From the NCBI GenBank assembly GCA_003694325.1, contig RFKJ01000021.1, positions 1 to 27,523 on the forward strand: a stretch of 27,523 nt of DNA. Reading direction: 5' to 3'. The DNA comes from Deltaproteobacteria bacterium (GTDB taxonomy: Bacteria > Myxococcota_A > UBA796 > UBA2385). The notes beneath the pieces were generated by a model, which did not search any database, had not been told where the DNA came from, and worked only from the letters and a program-made list of their open reading frames with translations. The position numbers were made by a program, and so were the translations under genes. This document shows, one piece after another, positions 1 to 8,933 of the stretch. Each line of letters begins with the position of its first letter. The stretch's first letter is position 1.

Positions 1-1
1 C

Positions 2-943
2 GGGGAGCAGCGCAGCGTCGGGGCCGGCGCCGATCCGGTCGGGGTGGTGACCGACGACGACGGCTGCATCTACGTCACCGACTTCGCCGGCAACAGTGTC
101 GACCGCTACGACCCGGACAGCCTGCTGCGCAACCGTTCATGAAAGCCGGGCTTCGGCGATGACCTCGCCCCCATCGACGTCGAGGCCCATCCCCAGCCGT
201 GGCTGGGACCCGCGGGGCCTGGCGTTCGACGCCACCCGCGGCCGCCTGCTGATCAGTCACCACTTCGTCAACCGCAACAGCTTTGTTGACGTGGACATTG
301 AAGCGGTGGTCGCCGCCATCTTCGGCGACGTGACCAAAGACGACGATCCCGGTGTCAGCCAGGCGATCCCCTACGGCTTCGACGCCATGGCGGTGGGCGA
401 ACATCTCGCGGTCGTGCCGCACTTCCTGTGGAACCCCACCCAGGCCGTCGACCCGGACCAGACTGTCTGGACGGCCCTGTCCCTGGTCGACCTCGACGAG
501 ATGGCCTTTGCGGGGCGGCTGGAGCGCGGCTTCGGCATGGACATCGCATCCACCAGCGGATCCCTGGCGGGCCTCGCCACGCCCATCGCCGCGGCACTGT
601 CCCCGGACGGTTCGCTGCTGTCCGCGCTGTGCGAGGGCAGCGAGGATCTGCTGGTCGTCGATGTCGAGCAGCAGCAGGCCATCCAGGCCCCCCGCCTGCC
701 CGGACACGCGCCCCGGGGGCTGCAACTCTCCGCCGACGGCCGCACGGCCTGGGTGCACCTCGCACTGTCGGGAGCGGTGGTGCGGATCGATCTCACCGAC
801 GCAGCCGACGGAGCGGCCCGGGTCGTGGCCGAGGGGTGGACCGCCGAGGGCGACAGCCCCCAGCCCGCCGCCATGGCGCTGTACTACAGCGCGCGCAGAC
901 CGACCACGCCGAGGACGCCCGGGCCGGATACCGCGGCCTGCAA
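2..943 (+). pseudogene. YncE/YVTN-like beta-propeller gene, 5'-truncated by the window, disrupted (pseudogene or assembly errors)
   Basis: Frame starting at nt 2 reads GEQRSVGAGADPVGVVTDDDGCIYVTDFAGNSVDRYDPDSLLRNRS*, with TGA at 140-142, then KPGFGDDLAPIDVEAHPQPW. Propeller-like text resumes in another frame from about nt 207: DPRGLAFDATRGRLLISH, TPIAAALSPDGSLL, HAPRGLQLSADGRTAWV. No natural stop occurs before the 3' end of ctaA, so the end coordinate is approximate. Confidence 0.55.
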
Positions 944-1978
944 CTACCCCCGTCGCGCCCGCTCCAGCGCCGCGGTCACCGTCGACAGCAGCAGCAGGGC
1001 GCCCACCTGGTGGGCAACGGCGATGGAGATCGGCACGCCCATGACCACCGTCAGGATGCCGAGGAGCACCTGGACGGTGAGCAGGGCGAGAAGCAGGCAG
1101 GTGATTCCGGTGAGCTGCGGGGCCCGGGTCCGGGCGAGGACGCCGACGGTCAGTCCGCCGACCAGCCCCACCGTCCAGCCGAGGAGGCGGTGGGTGGCGT
1201 GGATGGGGCCGACCTCGTCGACCATGGCCCACAGCAGGCTGGTGTTGCCGCTGGCGAAAGCCTGGGGCAGCCAGTGTCCGTTGACGTCGGGGAAGGTGGA
1301 CGCGAAGTGGCCGGCGTGGGTGCCCGCCATGAAGGCGCCCCAGGCGCTCTGGACGAAGACCAGGGCGAACAGTCCGACCAGCAGCGCCCGCACGCCCGCG
1401 CCGACCCGGCGTTCGTCGCCACGACGAGGCGACAGCGACAGGCGTACCCACAGCACGTACTGGGCGACCGTGAAGGCCAGCAGCAGGTGTGCGGCGAGGC
1501 GGAAGTGGCTCACCCGCGGTTCGTCCACCAGGCCGCTCTTGACCATGTACCAGCCGAGCAGCCCCTGGCTGCCGCCGAGCAGCAGCATGATCACGGTCTG
1601 CCCGGCGAGCTTGCGGCTGAGCTGGCGCCGCGCCAGGAACCACAGCCAGGGCAGGAGGACCACCAGCCCGATGGACCGGCCGATGAACCGGTGCAGGTAC
1701 TCCCAGAAGAAGATCCGCTGGAAGTCGGCGAGTTGCATCCAGTCGTTGACCTGCTGGTACTGCGGCGTCTGCTTGTACAGGTCGAAGACCCGCTGCCAGT
1801 CTTCATGGGACAGCGGTGGGATCGCCCCCATCAGCGGGTGCCACACGACCATCGACAGGCCGGAGCCCGTCAGCCGGGTGATCCCGCCGACCATGGTCAT
1901 GACCACGATCATCAGGAAGACCGCGGACAGCCAGGTGCGCACGGCGCGGGGGGCAGGCGAGGGCGACGACGTCGACAT
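944..1978 (-). CDS. ctaA: Heme A synthase (COX15/CtaA family)
   Basis: Motifs VGGITRLTGSGLSMVVWHP, FFWEYLHRFIGR, QGLLGWYMVKSGL, RVSHFRLAAHL, GAFMAGTHAG, IHATHR and AVAHQVGA; multiple TM helices. Confidence 0.95.
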   Translation of the reverse strand: MSTSSPSPAPRAVRTWLSAVFLMIVVMTMVGGITRLTGSGLSMVVWHPLMGAIPPLSHEDWQRVFDLYKQTPQYQQVNDWMQLADFQRIFFWEYLHRFIGRSIGLVVLLPWLWFLARRQLSRKLAGQTVIMLLLGGSQGLLGWYMVKSGLVDEPRVSHFRLAAHLLLAFTVAQYVLWVRLSLSPRRGDERRVGAGVRALLVGLFALVFVQSAWGAFMAGTHAGHFASTFPDVNGHWLPQAFASGNTSLLWAMVDEVGPIHATHRLLGWTVGLVGGLTVGVLARTRAPQLTGITCLLLALLTVQVLLGILTVVMGVPISIAVAHQVGALLLLSTVTAALERARRG

Positions 1979-1995
1979 GGGCGGCGACTAGCCGG

Positions 1996-2049
1996 GGCCG
2001 GCGGTGGGGACAAGGGGCGAGCCGACCCGGCAGTGACCCACCGCCGGCC
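1996..2049. repeat. Perfect 13-bp inverted repeat with a 28-nt loop
   Basis: GGCCGGCGGTGGG at 1996-2008 and its exact reverse complement CCCACCGCCGGCC at 2037-2049, just upstream of the ctaA start. Confidence 0.8.
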
Positions 2050-2290
2050 GCGATGGGCACACGGAGAGCCCGCACTCGGGGGCAACGCCGGTCTTGTGCC
2101 TCGCGATCGTAGCGGGCATACTGGACTCGCGCAGACCGCAAGCCCTCGGCAGGGCGCCGCACGGTTCGCGGCCTCCCACGAAGGCGCACCTGATGCACTC
2201 CAACCCCCGCCCCGACGAAGTTCACCACGCGGGCACCCAGCCACGGCGGGCCCCCTGGCCTCTCGGCGGCACTCCCGGGCGGGCCGCCCG

Positions 2291-3964
2291 ATGATCGCGG
2301 GGACGCCACACCTGATCCTGGCGATGTGGGCCATGGGCTGCCACCCATCGGGCGACACGCACACGCCCCCCGGGGCAGTCGGCGCCGACGACTCCGGCAC
2401 GTCGCAGGGCGCCGAGGGGTCGCCCGGCGACGGCGGTGGTGCGGGCGACACGGGAGACGGACAGCCGCCCGTCGACCTGGACGAAGACGGCTACGCCGAC
2501 GGCATCGACGACTGCGACGACGCCGAAGCCGGCATCAACCCCGGACAGGCTGAGATCCCGGGCAACGGTGTCGACGAGGACTGCGACGGGTCGGACGCCG
2601 GACCGACGCAAGACCTGGCCGACACCACCCGGATCTGGCAGGGAGAGGTCTACTCGATGCTGGGCGCGCAGCTCGTGGATGGCGGGGACATCGACGGCGA
2701 CGGCACCGACGACCTGCTGGTCGGCGCACCCTGGGAGCTGATGCCGGGAGAGGGGGCCGACGCACCCGGCACCGTCTATGTCGTCCCCGCGGACACACCC
2801 TCCGGCGACATCACGACGGCCCCCGCGTCGTTCCGGTCGATCGAGACAAACTCCGGAGTGGGCTGGCCCATCGGCGGCGGGCGGGATCTGGACGGCGACG
2901 GATACGACGACTTCGTGGTGGGCGTGCCCTATGGCCACCAGCCCGTTGAAGTCGAAGGCGGCCACGCCCTGGTCTTCTACGGACCCGTGACCGGCTCGCT
3001 GTCGGATGCCGACGCCGACATCGCGATCGATGGCTCGACCGATGAACAGCAGCTCGGCTCTGCGGTCGAGCTGCTCCCGGGCGCGGGCACGGACCTGCCG
3101 CTGCTGGCCATCGGCTCGGCGCGGCCCGCGGACGGGGTCAGCGTCGTGGACATCTGGGCCGTGCCTCCCGACAGCGGGGTGACCGAGGACTCCGCCACCT
3201 GGCGCATCGCCGGGGGCGACATGGCCGGCGGCTTCGGCACGCAGATCGTCGGCGACCGCGACCTGACCGGCGACGGCATCCCGGACCTGCTCGCGTCGGA
3301 ACCGTACACCAGTCTCTACGCGACCCACGCGGGGCGCGTGTACCTGATCCCCGGCCCCATCGACCACGACGTCGACGTCGATGATGACACCATCGCGCTA
3401 TACGGACAGCGCGAGCTTGCCAATGTCGGACGGACCGCCCCGCTCGTGCACCCGGACACCAACGGCGATGGCTACGCCGACCTCGTCATCAGCGGCAGCA
3501 TGGATCCGGACGCGTACACCCGCGGTGGCAAGGCTTGGCTGGTGCGCGGCCCCATCACCGCGGGCGGCATGCTCGACGATCTCGCCCACGCAGCCGTGCT
3601 CCCCGAGCGTGGCTACGAGTGGCTGGGCCGTGGGCTGGCGTCGCCGGGTGACCTGGACGGAGACGGGCTCGAAGACCTCGCCATCTCCGCCCCCCGGGAC
3701 TGGAACTACGGAAAGGATCTTCCCGGCAAGGTCTACCTCTTCCCCAGCACCATCGAGGGAACCGTGTCCGGCGCCGATGCCTCCCGGGTGCTCCGAGGTG
3801 AACACTTCGGAGACCACGCCGGCACCAGCCTGGTCGGTGGCTTCGACGCCAACGGTGACGGACGCCCCGACCTCGCCGTGGGTGCGGCGCGGTACGACCA
3901 GACCGAGACCGACGGTGAGTACGGGGCGGGGCGGGTCTACCTGCTGACCGACCTGGCGATGTGA
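2291..3964 (+). CDS. Putative lipoprotein with a MopE-type putative metal-binding motif and FG-GAP/integrin-alpha-like repeats
   Basis: ATG at 2291 gives MIAGTPHLILAMWAMGC (lipobox-like Cys). DLDEDGYA..DCDDAEAGINPGQAEIPGNGVDEDCDG at 2474-2590. Repeated GDIDGDGTDDLLVGAP, DLDGDGYDDFVVGVP, GDLDGDGLEDLAISAP and DANGDGRPDLAVGA. The upstream part of track ORF 428..3964 is treated as shadow. Confidence 0.85.
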   Translation: MIAGTPHLILAMWAMGCHPSGDTHTPPGAVGADDSGTSQGAEGSPGDGGGAGDTGDGQPPVDLDEDGYADGIDDCDDAEAGINPGQAEIPGNGVDEDCDGSDAGPTQDLADTTRIWQGEVYSMLGAQLVDGGDIDGDGTDDLLVGAPWELMPGEGADAPGTVYVVPADTPSGDITTAPASFRSIETNSGVGWPIGGGRDLDGDGYDDFVVGVPYGHQPVEVEGGHALVFYGPVTGSLSDADADIAIDGSTDEQQLGSAVELLPGAGTDLPLLAIGSARPADGVSVVDIWAVPPDSGVTEDSATWRIAGGDMAGGFGTQIVGDRDLTGDGIPDLLASEPYTSLYATHAGRVYLIPGPIDHDVDVDDDTIALYGQRELANVGRTAPLVHPDTNGDGYADLVISGSMDPDAYTRGGKAWLVRGPITAGGMLDDLAHAAVLPERGYEWLGRGLASPGDLDGDGLEDLAISAPRDWNYGKDLPGKVYLFPSTIEGTVSGADASRVLRGEHFGDHAGTSLVGGFDANGDGRPDLAVGAARYDQTETDGEYGAGRVYLLTDLAM

Positions 3965-4025
3965 CCGCCCCCCTTGCGGCCACGCTCCTGCCGGCCTACC
4001 TCCCCGGTTCACCGAGGAGGACGAC

Positions 4026-4883
4026 ATGGCGACGACTGCACTGCTGGGAACCGGACTGCTGGGCTCGGGCTTTGCCCTGAAAATGCTCGAACGGGGCGAG
4101 GATCTCGTGGTGTGGAACCGCACCCCCGACAAGACCGCACCCCTGGTCCAGGCCGGTGCCCGTGCCGCAGCCACCCCGGCCGACGCCGTCGCCGACGCCG
4201 ACCGGGTCCACCTGGTGCTCGCCGAAGACAGCGCGGTCGACGCGGTGCTCTCCCAGGCGCTGCCCGCCCTGCCGCAGGGCGCCTGGGTGATCGACCACTC
4301 GACCAACGCCCCCGCCCTGGTGGCGGAGCGCACCGCCCGCCTGCGGGCCGAGGGGGTGCGCTACGTGCATGCCCCGGTGTTCATGTCGCCCCGTGACGCC
4401 CGCAACGCCACCGGGCTGATGCTGCTGTCGGCCAGCGACGAAGACGCCGCTGTCCTGACCCCGATCCTCGAACAGATGACCGGCCGGCTGTGGCACGTCG
4501 GCGAGCGAGCCGACCTCGCCGCAGTCCACAAGATCTCCGGCAACGGCATGCTCATCGCGCTGGCCGGCACCATGGGCGACCTGTTCGCCATCGCCCAGGC
4601 CCGGGGCCTGCCCCCCGACGCCGTCATCGCCCTGTTCGACGTGTTCCGTGCCGGTGGGGCCATCCCCTTCATCGGCAAGCGGGTGGTCGCCGCCCCGGAC
4701 ATGGACACCAGCTTCGCCCTGACCATGGCCCGCAAGGACGTGCGGCTGATGATCGACGCCGCCGGAGGCCCCGACGACCTCGTGGTCCTGCCGGGCCTGG
4801 CGGCGGCCATGGACAAGGCCATCGAAGCGGGCCTGGGCGACAAGGACTTTGCGGTGTTCGCCTGGCCGGGTCGCGAACAGTGA
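4026..4883 (+). CDS. NAD(P)-dependent oxidoreductase, beta-hydroxyacid dehydrogenase (3-hydroxyisobutyrate/6-phosphogluconate DH) family
   Basis: Rossmann LLGTGLLG, VWNRTPDK, AAATPADAV, IDHSTNAP, K-x3-N catalytic region (HKISGN), ARKDVRL; SD GAGGAGG before the ATG. Confidence 0.9.
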   Translation: MATTALLGTGLLGSGFALKMLERGEDLVVWNRTPDKTAPLVQAGARAAATPADAVADADRVHLVLAEDSAVDAVLSQALPALPQGAWVIDHSTNAPALVAERTARLRAEGVRYVHAPVFMSPRDARNATGLMLLSASDEDAAVLTPILEQMTGRLWHVGERADLAAVHKISGNGMLIALAGTMGDLFAIAQARGLPPDAVIALFDVFRAGGAIPFIGKRVVAAPDMDTSFALTMARKDVRLMIDAAGGPDDLVVLPGLAAAMDKAIEAGLGDKDFAVFAWPGREQ

Positions 4884-7591
4884 CCGGCCTGGCGCTGCTG
4901 GGGCTGCTGGCCTGCCGCTCGCCCTCGCACCTGGACAGCTCCACGTCCGACAGCGCCGGGCCCACGCTGGGCGTGGATCCGACCGTCCCCGCCGGCCCGG
5001 AGGAAGCACGTGCCGGCGTGGTGGTGGAGGGGGGCGAGGACGCGCTGTTCGGCGGGATCACCGCCGAGGGGCAGGTGGGCGACGTCAAGCTGTACAACGA
5101 CCGCGTCCAGGTGGTGATCCAGGGCGCGTACCGCAGCCACGGCTACGTCGACACCGGCGGCCAGATCATCGACCTGGACATCGTGCGCGACGACGGCACG
5201 CTCGGTCGGGACACGCTGGAGGACTTCTTCCTGGGCTTCTCGATGTCGCGCCTGTTCCACGCGGATCGCGTCGAGATCGTCGCCGACGGCAGCGACGGCG
5301 GCAGCGCCATCGTCCAGGCCCACGGCACCGACGTCCCTTGGGGCTTCATGACCGGGCTGTTCGAGTACGACGCCCCCCTCCTCGACGACCTGAACCTCGA
5401 CATCACCACCACCTACGAGCTGCCGCCGGCCTCCGACACGCTGATCATCACCTCGACCCTGACCAACACCGGCGCAGAGCCCGCCGAGTTCACCGCCCAG
5501 GAGGGGATCTTCGCGTCGGGTGAGGATCTGCTGCCCTGGGCGCCGGGCCGCGGCTACGAGGGCCCCGAGATGGGGACGATCACCGCCGCCAGCTTCGTCG
5601 GCCGCCAGGGCGAGGCGGCGTTCTCCGTCTGGTCGGAAGACGCCGACGAGCTGAGCATCTCGGCCCTGTCCGAGCTGGCCGCCGGGCTCGGGATCTTCCT
5701 GGCCGATCATCCGCAGGCCAGCGTGCAGCCCGGCGAGTCCCTGGTGCTGTCGCGCCGCCTGACCATCGCGCCAGATCTCGCCGGCACCGAAGCGCGCCGC
5801 CGCGAGGGCCAGGGACAGGCGCTGCTGACGCTGTCAGGTGCGGTGGAGGACGCGGCGTCCGGAGACCCCGTGCCCGGCGTACAGATCCACCTGCTGGACG
5901 CCGACGAGCGGGTCCAGGCCGTGGCCCGCAGCGACAGCGACGGCGCCTGGTGGGCACGGCTGCCCGCCGGCCAGTGGACGGCCTGGGCAATCGCCGTCGG
6001 CGACGATGAGCGGGTGGAGCTGCCCGCCGGCGCCGGGCGCTTCGGCCCCTACGCCGCCGGCCCGGCCGACGCCGCCGCGCTGGGTGCGCTGGACGGCAGC
6101 CAGCCGGCCACAGCCCTGGCCAACGCCGCCGGACGCGCCATCCCCGACCCGCTGGAGATCGATCTGGCCGAGGACCGCTCGGAGCTGACGCTGACCCTCG
6201 ACCCACCCGGCGTGCTCCACGTCGAGCTGGTCGACGACCAGGGCGACCCCCTGCCCGGTGTGATCGAGCTGCGCTGGCGGGAGGGGTCCCCACCCGACTC
6301 GCCCCTGCCTGCCGACCTGCACAGTGCGCTCGGCGTACACGATGGCAGCCGCGCGGCCTGGGTGTGGACCACGACGGGCAGCCTGGATCTGCCGGTCCTG
6401 CCCGGCAGCTACACGGTGTCCGCCGGGCACTCCTGGCGCTACGAACAGTCCGGATGGACCGATGTGGATGTCGCCGCGGGCGACCAGACCGACGTCCGGC
6501 TCACCCTGGCCGAAGCCGTCCCCCACGACCGCTGGCTGTCCATGGACAGCCACCTGCACGCCTCGCCCAGCTTCGACGGTGCCCTGCCCATGGAACACCG
6601 CCTGGCGACCTGCGCCGCGACCGGCGTCGAGCTGCCCGTGACCACCGACCACGACGGCATCGCCGACTACCGCGAGCTGGCGCGGGCCATGGGGCTGGAC
6701 GGTCGGATGCAGGTCTTCGTCGGTACGGAACTGACCACCCTGCTGCGCGGCCACTACAACCTCTACCCGCTGACCCCCACCGACGGCGCCAACGGCGGCG
6801 CCATCCGCTGGTGGGAGCAGCGCGAGACCACCCCAGAACTGTTCGCCCGCATGCGTGCGCTGGCCGGTCCCGACGCCATCCTGCAGGTCAACCACCCGCG
6901 CACCCCGGGCATGAACGACATCGCCCGCTACGACCCGGAGCTGGGCGCCCCCGACCGCGAAGACTACTGGTCGTGGGACTTTGATCTGTTCGAGCTGCTC
7001 AATGGCGGCGTCGACGACCTGGCCGAGCTGCGAGAGGACTGGTTCAGCTACCTCGACTTCGGCTACATCCGCGTGCCCGTCGGCGTCTCCGACTCCCACT
7101 ACCGGTTCATCCCCTGCGGGCTCGGGCGGACCGATGTGTTCCTGGACACACAGGACCCGGCGGCCGTCAGCACCGACGGGCTGCTGGCCGCCCTGCGCGC
7201 CGGCCACGTCGTGGTCGCGGCCGGCACGACCCTGCGGGCCACCCTGCACGCCGGCGATGTCGACTCCCTGCCCGGCGACACCGTCGTCGCCGACCAGGCC
7301 ACCATCGACGTCCACGTCGCCGCCCCGAGCTGGATCCACCCCGGCACCCTGCGGATCTACCGCAACAGCGACGTCATCGTCGAGCAGCCCCTGGACAGCG
7401 CCACCGACGGCGTGTGGTTGGACGACAGCTTCGCGGTGAGCACCGACCAGGACGCCTGGTTCGCCGTCGAGGTCGAGGGCACCGACAGCCAGGGCGACAT
7501 CTGGCGCAACGCGACCCCCTACGCCATGACCAACGCCTTCTTCATGGACGTGGACGGAGATGGGTGGCGGGGGCGGTTGGCGGTGGAGTAG
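4880..7591 (+). CDS. CehA/McbA-type (PHP-like) metallohydrolase lipoprotein with N-terminal beta-sandwich and carboxypeptidase-regulatory-like domains
   Basis: GTG at 4880 overlaps the upstream TGA (GTGA). MTGLALLGLLAC lipobox. Metal-ligand motifs DSHLHASPSFDG, VTTDHD, GTELTT..GHYN, QVNHPR, FELLNG and VGVSDSH. Confidence 0.85.
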   Translation: MTGLALLGLLACRSPSHLDSSTSDSAGPTLGVDPTVPAGPEEARAGVVVEGGEDALFGGITAEGQVGDVKLYNDRVQVVIQGAYRSHGYVDTGGQIIDLDIVRDDGTLGRDTLEDFFLGFSMSRLFHADRVEIVADGSDGGSAIVQAHGTDVPWGFMTGLFEYDAPLLDDLNLDITTTYELPPASDTLIITSTLTNTGAEPAEFTAQEGIFASGEDLLPWAPGRGYEGPEMGTITAASFVGRQGEAAFSVWSEDADELSISALSELAAGLGIFLADHPQASVQPGESLVLSRRLTIAPDLAGTEARRREGQGQALLTLSGAVEDAASGDPVPGVQIHLLDADERVQAVARSDSDGAWWARLPAGQWTAWAIAVGDDERVELPAGAGRFGPYAAGPADAAALGALDGSQPATALANAAGRAIPDPLEIDLAEDRSELTLTLDPPGVLHVELVDDQGDPLPGVIELRWREGSPPDSPLPADLHSALGVHDGSRAAWVWTTTGSLDLPVLPGSYTVSAGHSWRYEQSGWTDVDVAAGDQTDVRLTLAEAVPHDRWLSMDSHLHASPSFDGALPMEHRLATCAATGVELPVTTDHDGIADYRELARAMGLDGRMQVFVGTELTTLLRGHYNLYPLTPTDGANGGAIRWWEQRETTPELFARMRALAGPDAILQVNHPRTPGMNDIARYDPELGAPDREDYWSWDFDLFELLNGGVDDLAELREDWFSYLDFGYIRVPVGVSDSHYRFIPCGLGRTDVFLDTQDPAAVSTDGLLAALRAGHVVVAAGTTLRATLHAGDVDSLPGDTVVADQATIDVHVAAPSWIHPGTLRIYRNSDVIVEQPLDSATDGVWLDDSFAVSTDQDAWFAVEVEGTDSQGDIWRNATPYAMTNAFFMDVDGDGWRGRLAVE

Positions 7592-7604
7592 GCGCGGGCC
7601 ACCC

Positions 7605-8246
7605 TCAGCCCGTGTCACCCACCTCTCCCACGCGATCCGCCATGTCCTCCATGCGGCGTTCCTCGGCGAACGATGGTGGCTGGCCCGGCTCGTCTACCGC
7701 CTGCAACACGAGCACGGCGCCGCCGGGGCGCTGGTAGAACTTCCCGACGATCGGGTCGAGCGTGGCGTTTGCCTGGCGGCTGATCTCAACGAATTCACCG
7801 AGCACTTCGGGGTCCGTCAGGTCGCCTCCGTCGATCACCCAGGCGCTCGCGCAAGGGCCACCCTGGCAGTCCGTGTCGACCAGGACGGCGTCGCGACCGG
7901 CATCCTCCAGCGCCCCGAGTCCTGATACCCAAGCCTTCCGTCGCTCGACCGTCGTGGCGGCCCGATCGTCGGCGAGCGCGGCGCCGGCCGTGGAGTCGCC
8001 CGGCGCTCGCTCCACCACCGGGGGCGCGACAGGGAGGGCATCACCGCCCGCACCCGAGCCGCCGAGGTGGGACCGTGCTGCCACCGGGGCTCTATCCTGG
8101 CAAGGAGCCGGGAGGGATGGACCGGTCGCGGGCTGCGGCTGCGGCTGCGGCTGCGGCTGCGGCAGCAGCCAACCGCACCCGAACCCCACCACGAGACCCG
8201 CCGCGACCGCGACCAGACGCCAGATCCGGTGCGCCGACACGATCAT
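7605..8246 (-). CDS. Hypothetical membrane-anchored protein (operon gene E) with PQ repeat linker and D-C-x3-P-C motif
   Basis: N-terminal hydrophobic IWRLVAVAAGLVVGFGCGWLL; PQPQPQPQPQP; VDTDCQGGPC; ATGA overlap with the upstream gene at 8243-8246. Confidence 0.7.
   Translation of the reverse strand: MIVSAHRIWRLVAVAAGLVVGFGCGWLLPQPQPQPQPQPATGPSLPAPCQDRAPVAARSHLGGSGAGGDALPVAPPVVERAPGDSTAGAALADDRAATTVERRKAWVSGLGALEDAGRDAVLVDTDCQGGPCASAWVIDGGDLTDPEVLGEFVEISRQANATLDPIVGKFYQRPGGAVLVLQAVDEPGQPPSFAEERRMEDMADRVGEVGDTG
8131..8163. repeat. (GGCTGC)5 hexamer tandem repeat encoding poly(PQ)
   Basis: Five perfect GGCTGC units at 8131-8160 plus GGC; in frame in gene E on the minus strand. Confidence 0.95.
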
Positions 8247-8932
8247 GGCGCCAAGGCCTCCAGGCGCTCGTGCGCCCGCTCGGACCGATCCATGGCGATG
8301 GCATCACCGCGCTCGGCCGCCGCCTCCTGGGCCCGCCAGAAGAAGCGCGTCTGCACGTCCTCCGGCGCCTCGTGACACGCCGCCACCCCGTACACCGTGA
8401 TGTCTTCATAGGTGATCGCGCACGGCGTGCCGGCCGGCCACTGGCCGGTCTCTTCCATGGCGTCGCGAACGTCGAAGTCCGATGGCATGGCCCCTTCGGC
8501 AAGCTGGCGGTCCATCAGCACCAGGCACGGATATTCGGCGCAGTCCACTTCCAAGGGGATGTCGAGGAACAACTGCCAGGCCTGCGCGGCTTGGGCGACC
8601 GCTCGTGGACCCCACAGCGGATCGCCGAGCTGTCGCTGCGTCCACGGCTGGCGCGCCCCAGTGATGGACAGTCGCTCCAGCGTCGCCATGGCAGCCTGTT
8701 CATCGGAGGCCGCATCGGCGGCCGGAGCGGGGGTATCCCGACGAGGGGACGCGGCTCGGCCCACGTCACCGTCCCGCGGGGAGATCCCTGGTGCGCCCGT
8801 ATCCGGGCATCGAAGCGAACGGAGCGGCGCGGCAGAATGGATGGTCGGCTCCTCGACGCGTCGCACGGCGTACCCGGCCACGGCCCCGGCGAGGGCCGAG
8901 GTGCCGAACCAGGTTGCCAGTGCACGAGCCAT
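8243..8932 (-). CDS. Hypothetical membrane-anchored protein (operon gene D) with D-C-x3-P-C motif
   Basis: ATG at 8932 lies 1 nt after the TAG of gene C. N-terminal ALATWFGTSALAGAVAGYAV; low-complexity linker; LEVDCAEYPCLV plus two more Cys. Confidence 0.75.
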   Translation of the reverse strand: MARALATWFGTSALAGAVAGYAVRRVEEPTIHSAAPLRSLRCPDTGAPGISPRDGDVGRAASPRRDTPAPAADAASDEQAAMATLERLSITGARQPWTQRQLGDPLWGPRAVAQAAQAWQLFLDIPLEVDCAEYPCLVLMDRQLAEGAMPSDFDVRDAMEETGQWPAGTPCAITYEDITVYGVAACHEAPEDVQTRFFWRAQEAAAERGDAIAMDRSERAHERLEALAP

Positions 8933-8933
8933 G

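Noticed and set aside
140-142. In-frame TGA as possible selenocysteine or programmed readthrough
   Set aside because: No redox-motif context or recognisable SECIS hairpin, and a nearby frameshift points to decay or sequence error instead.
428-2290. 5' extension of the 1178-aa ORF 428..3964
   Set aside because: It overlaps the propeller gene and ctaA; a signal peptide and protein-like sequence begin only at ATG 2291.
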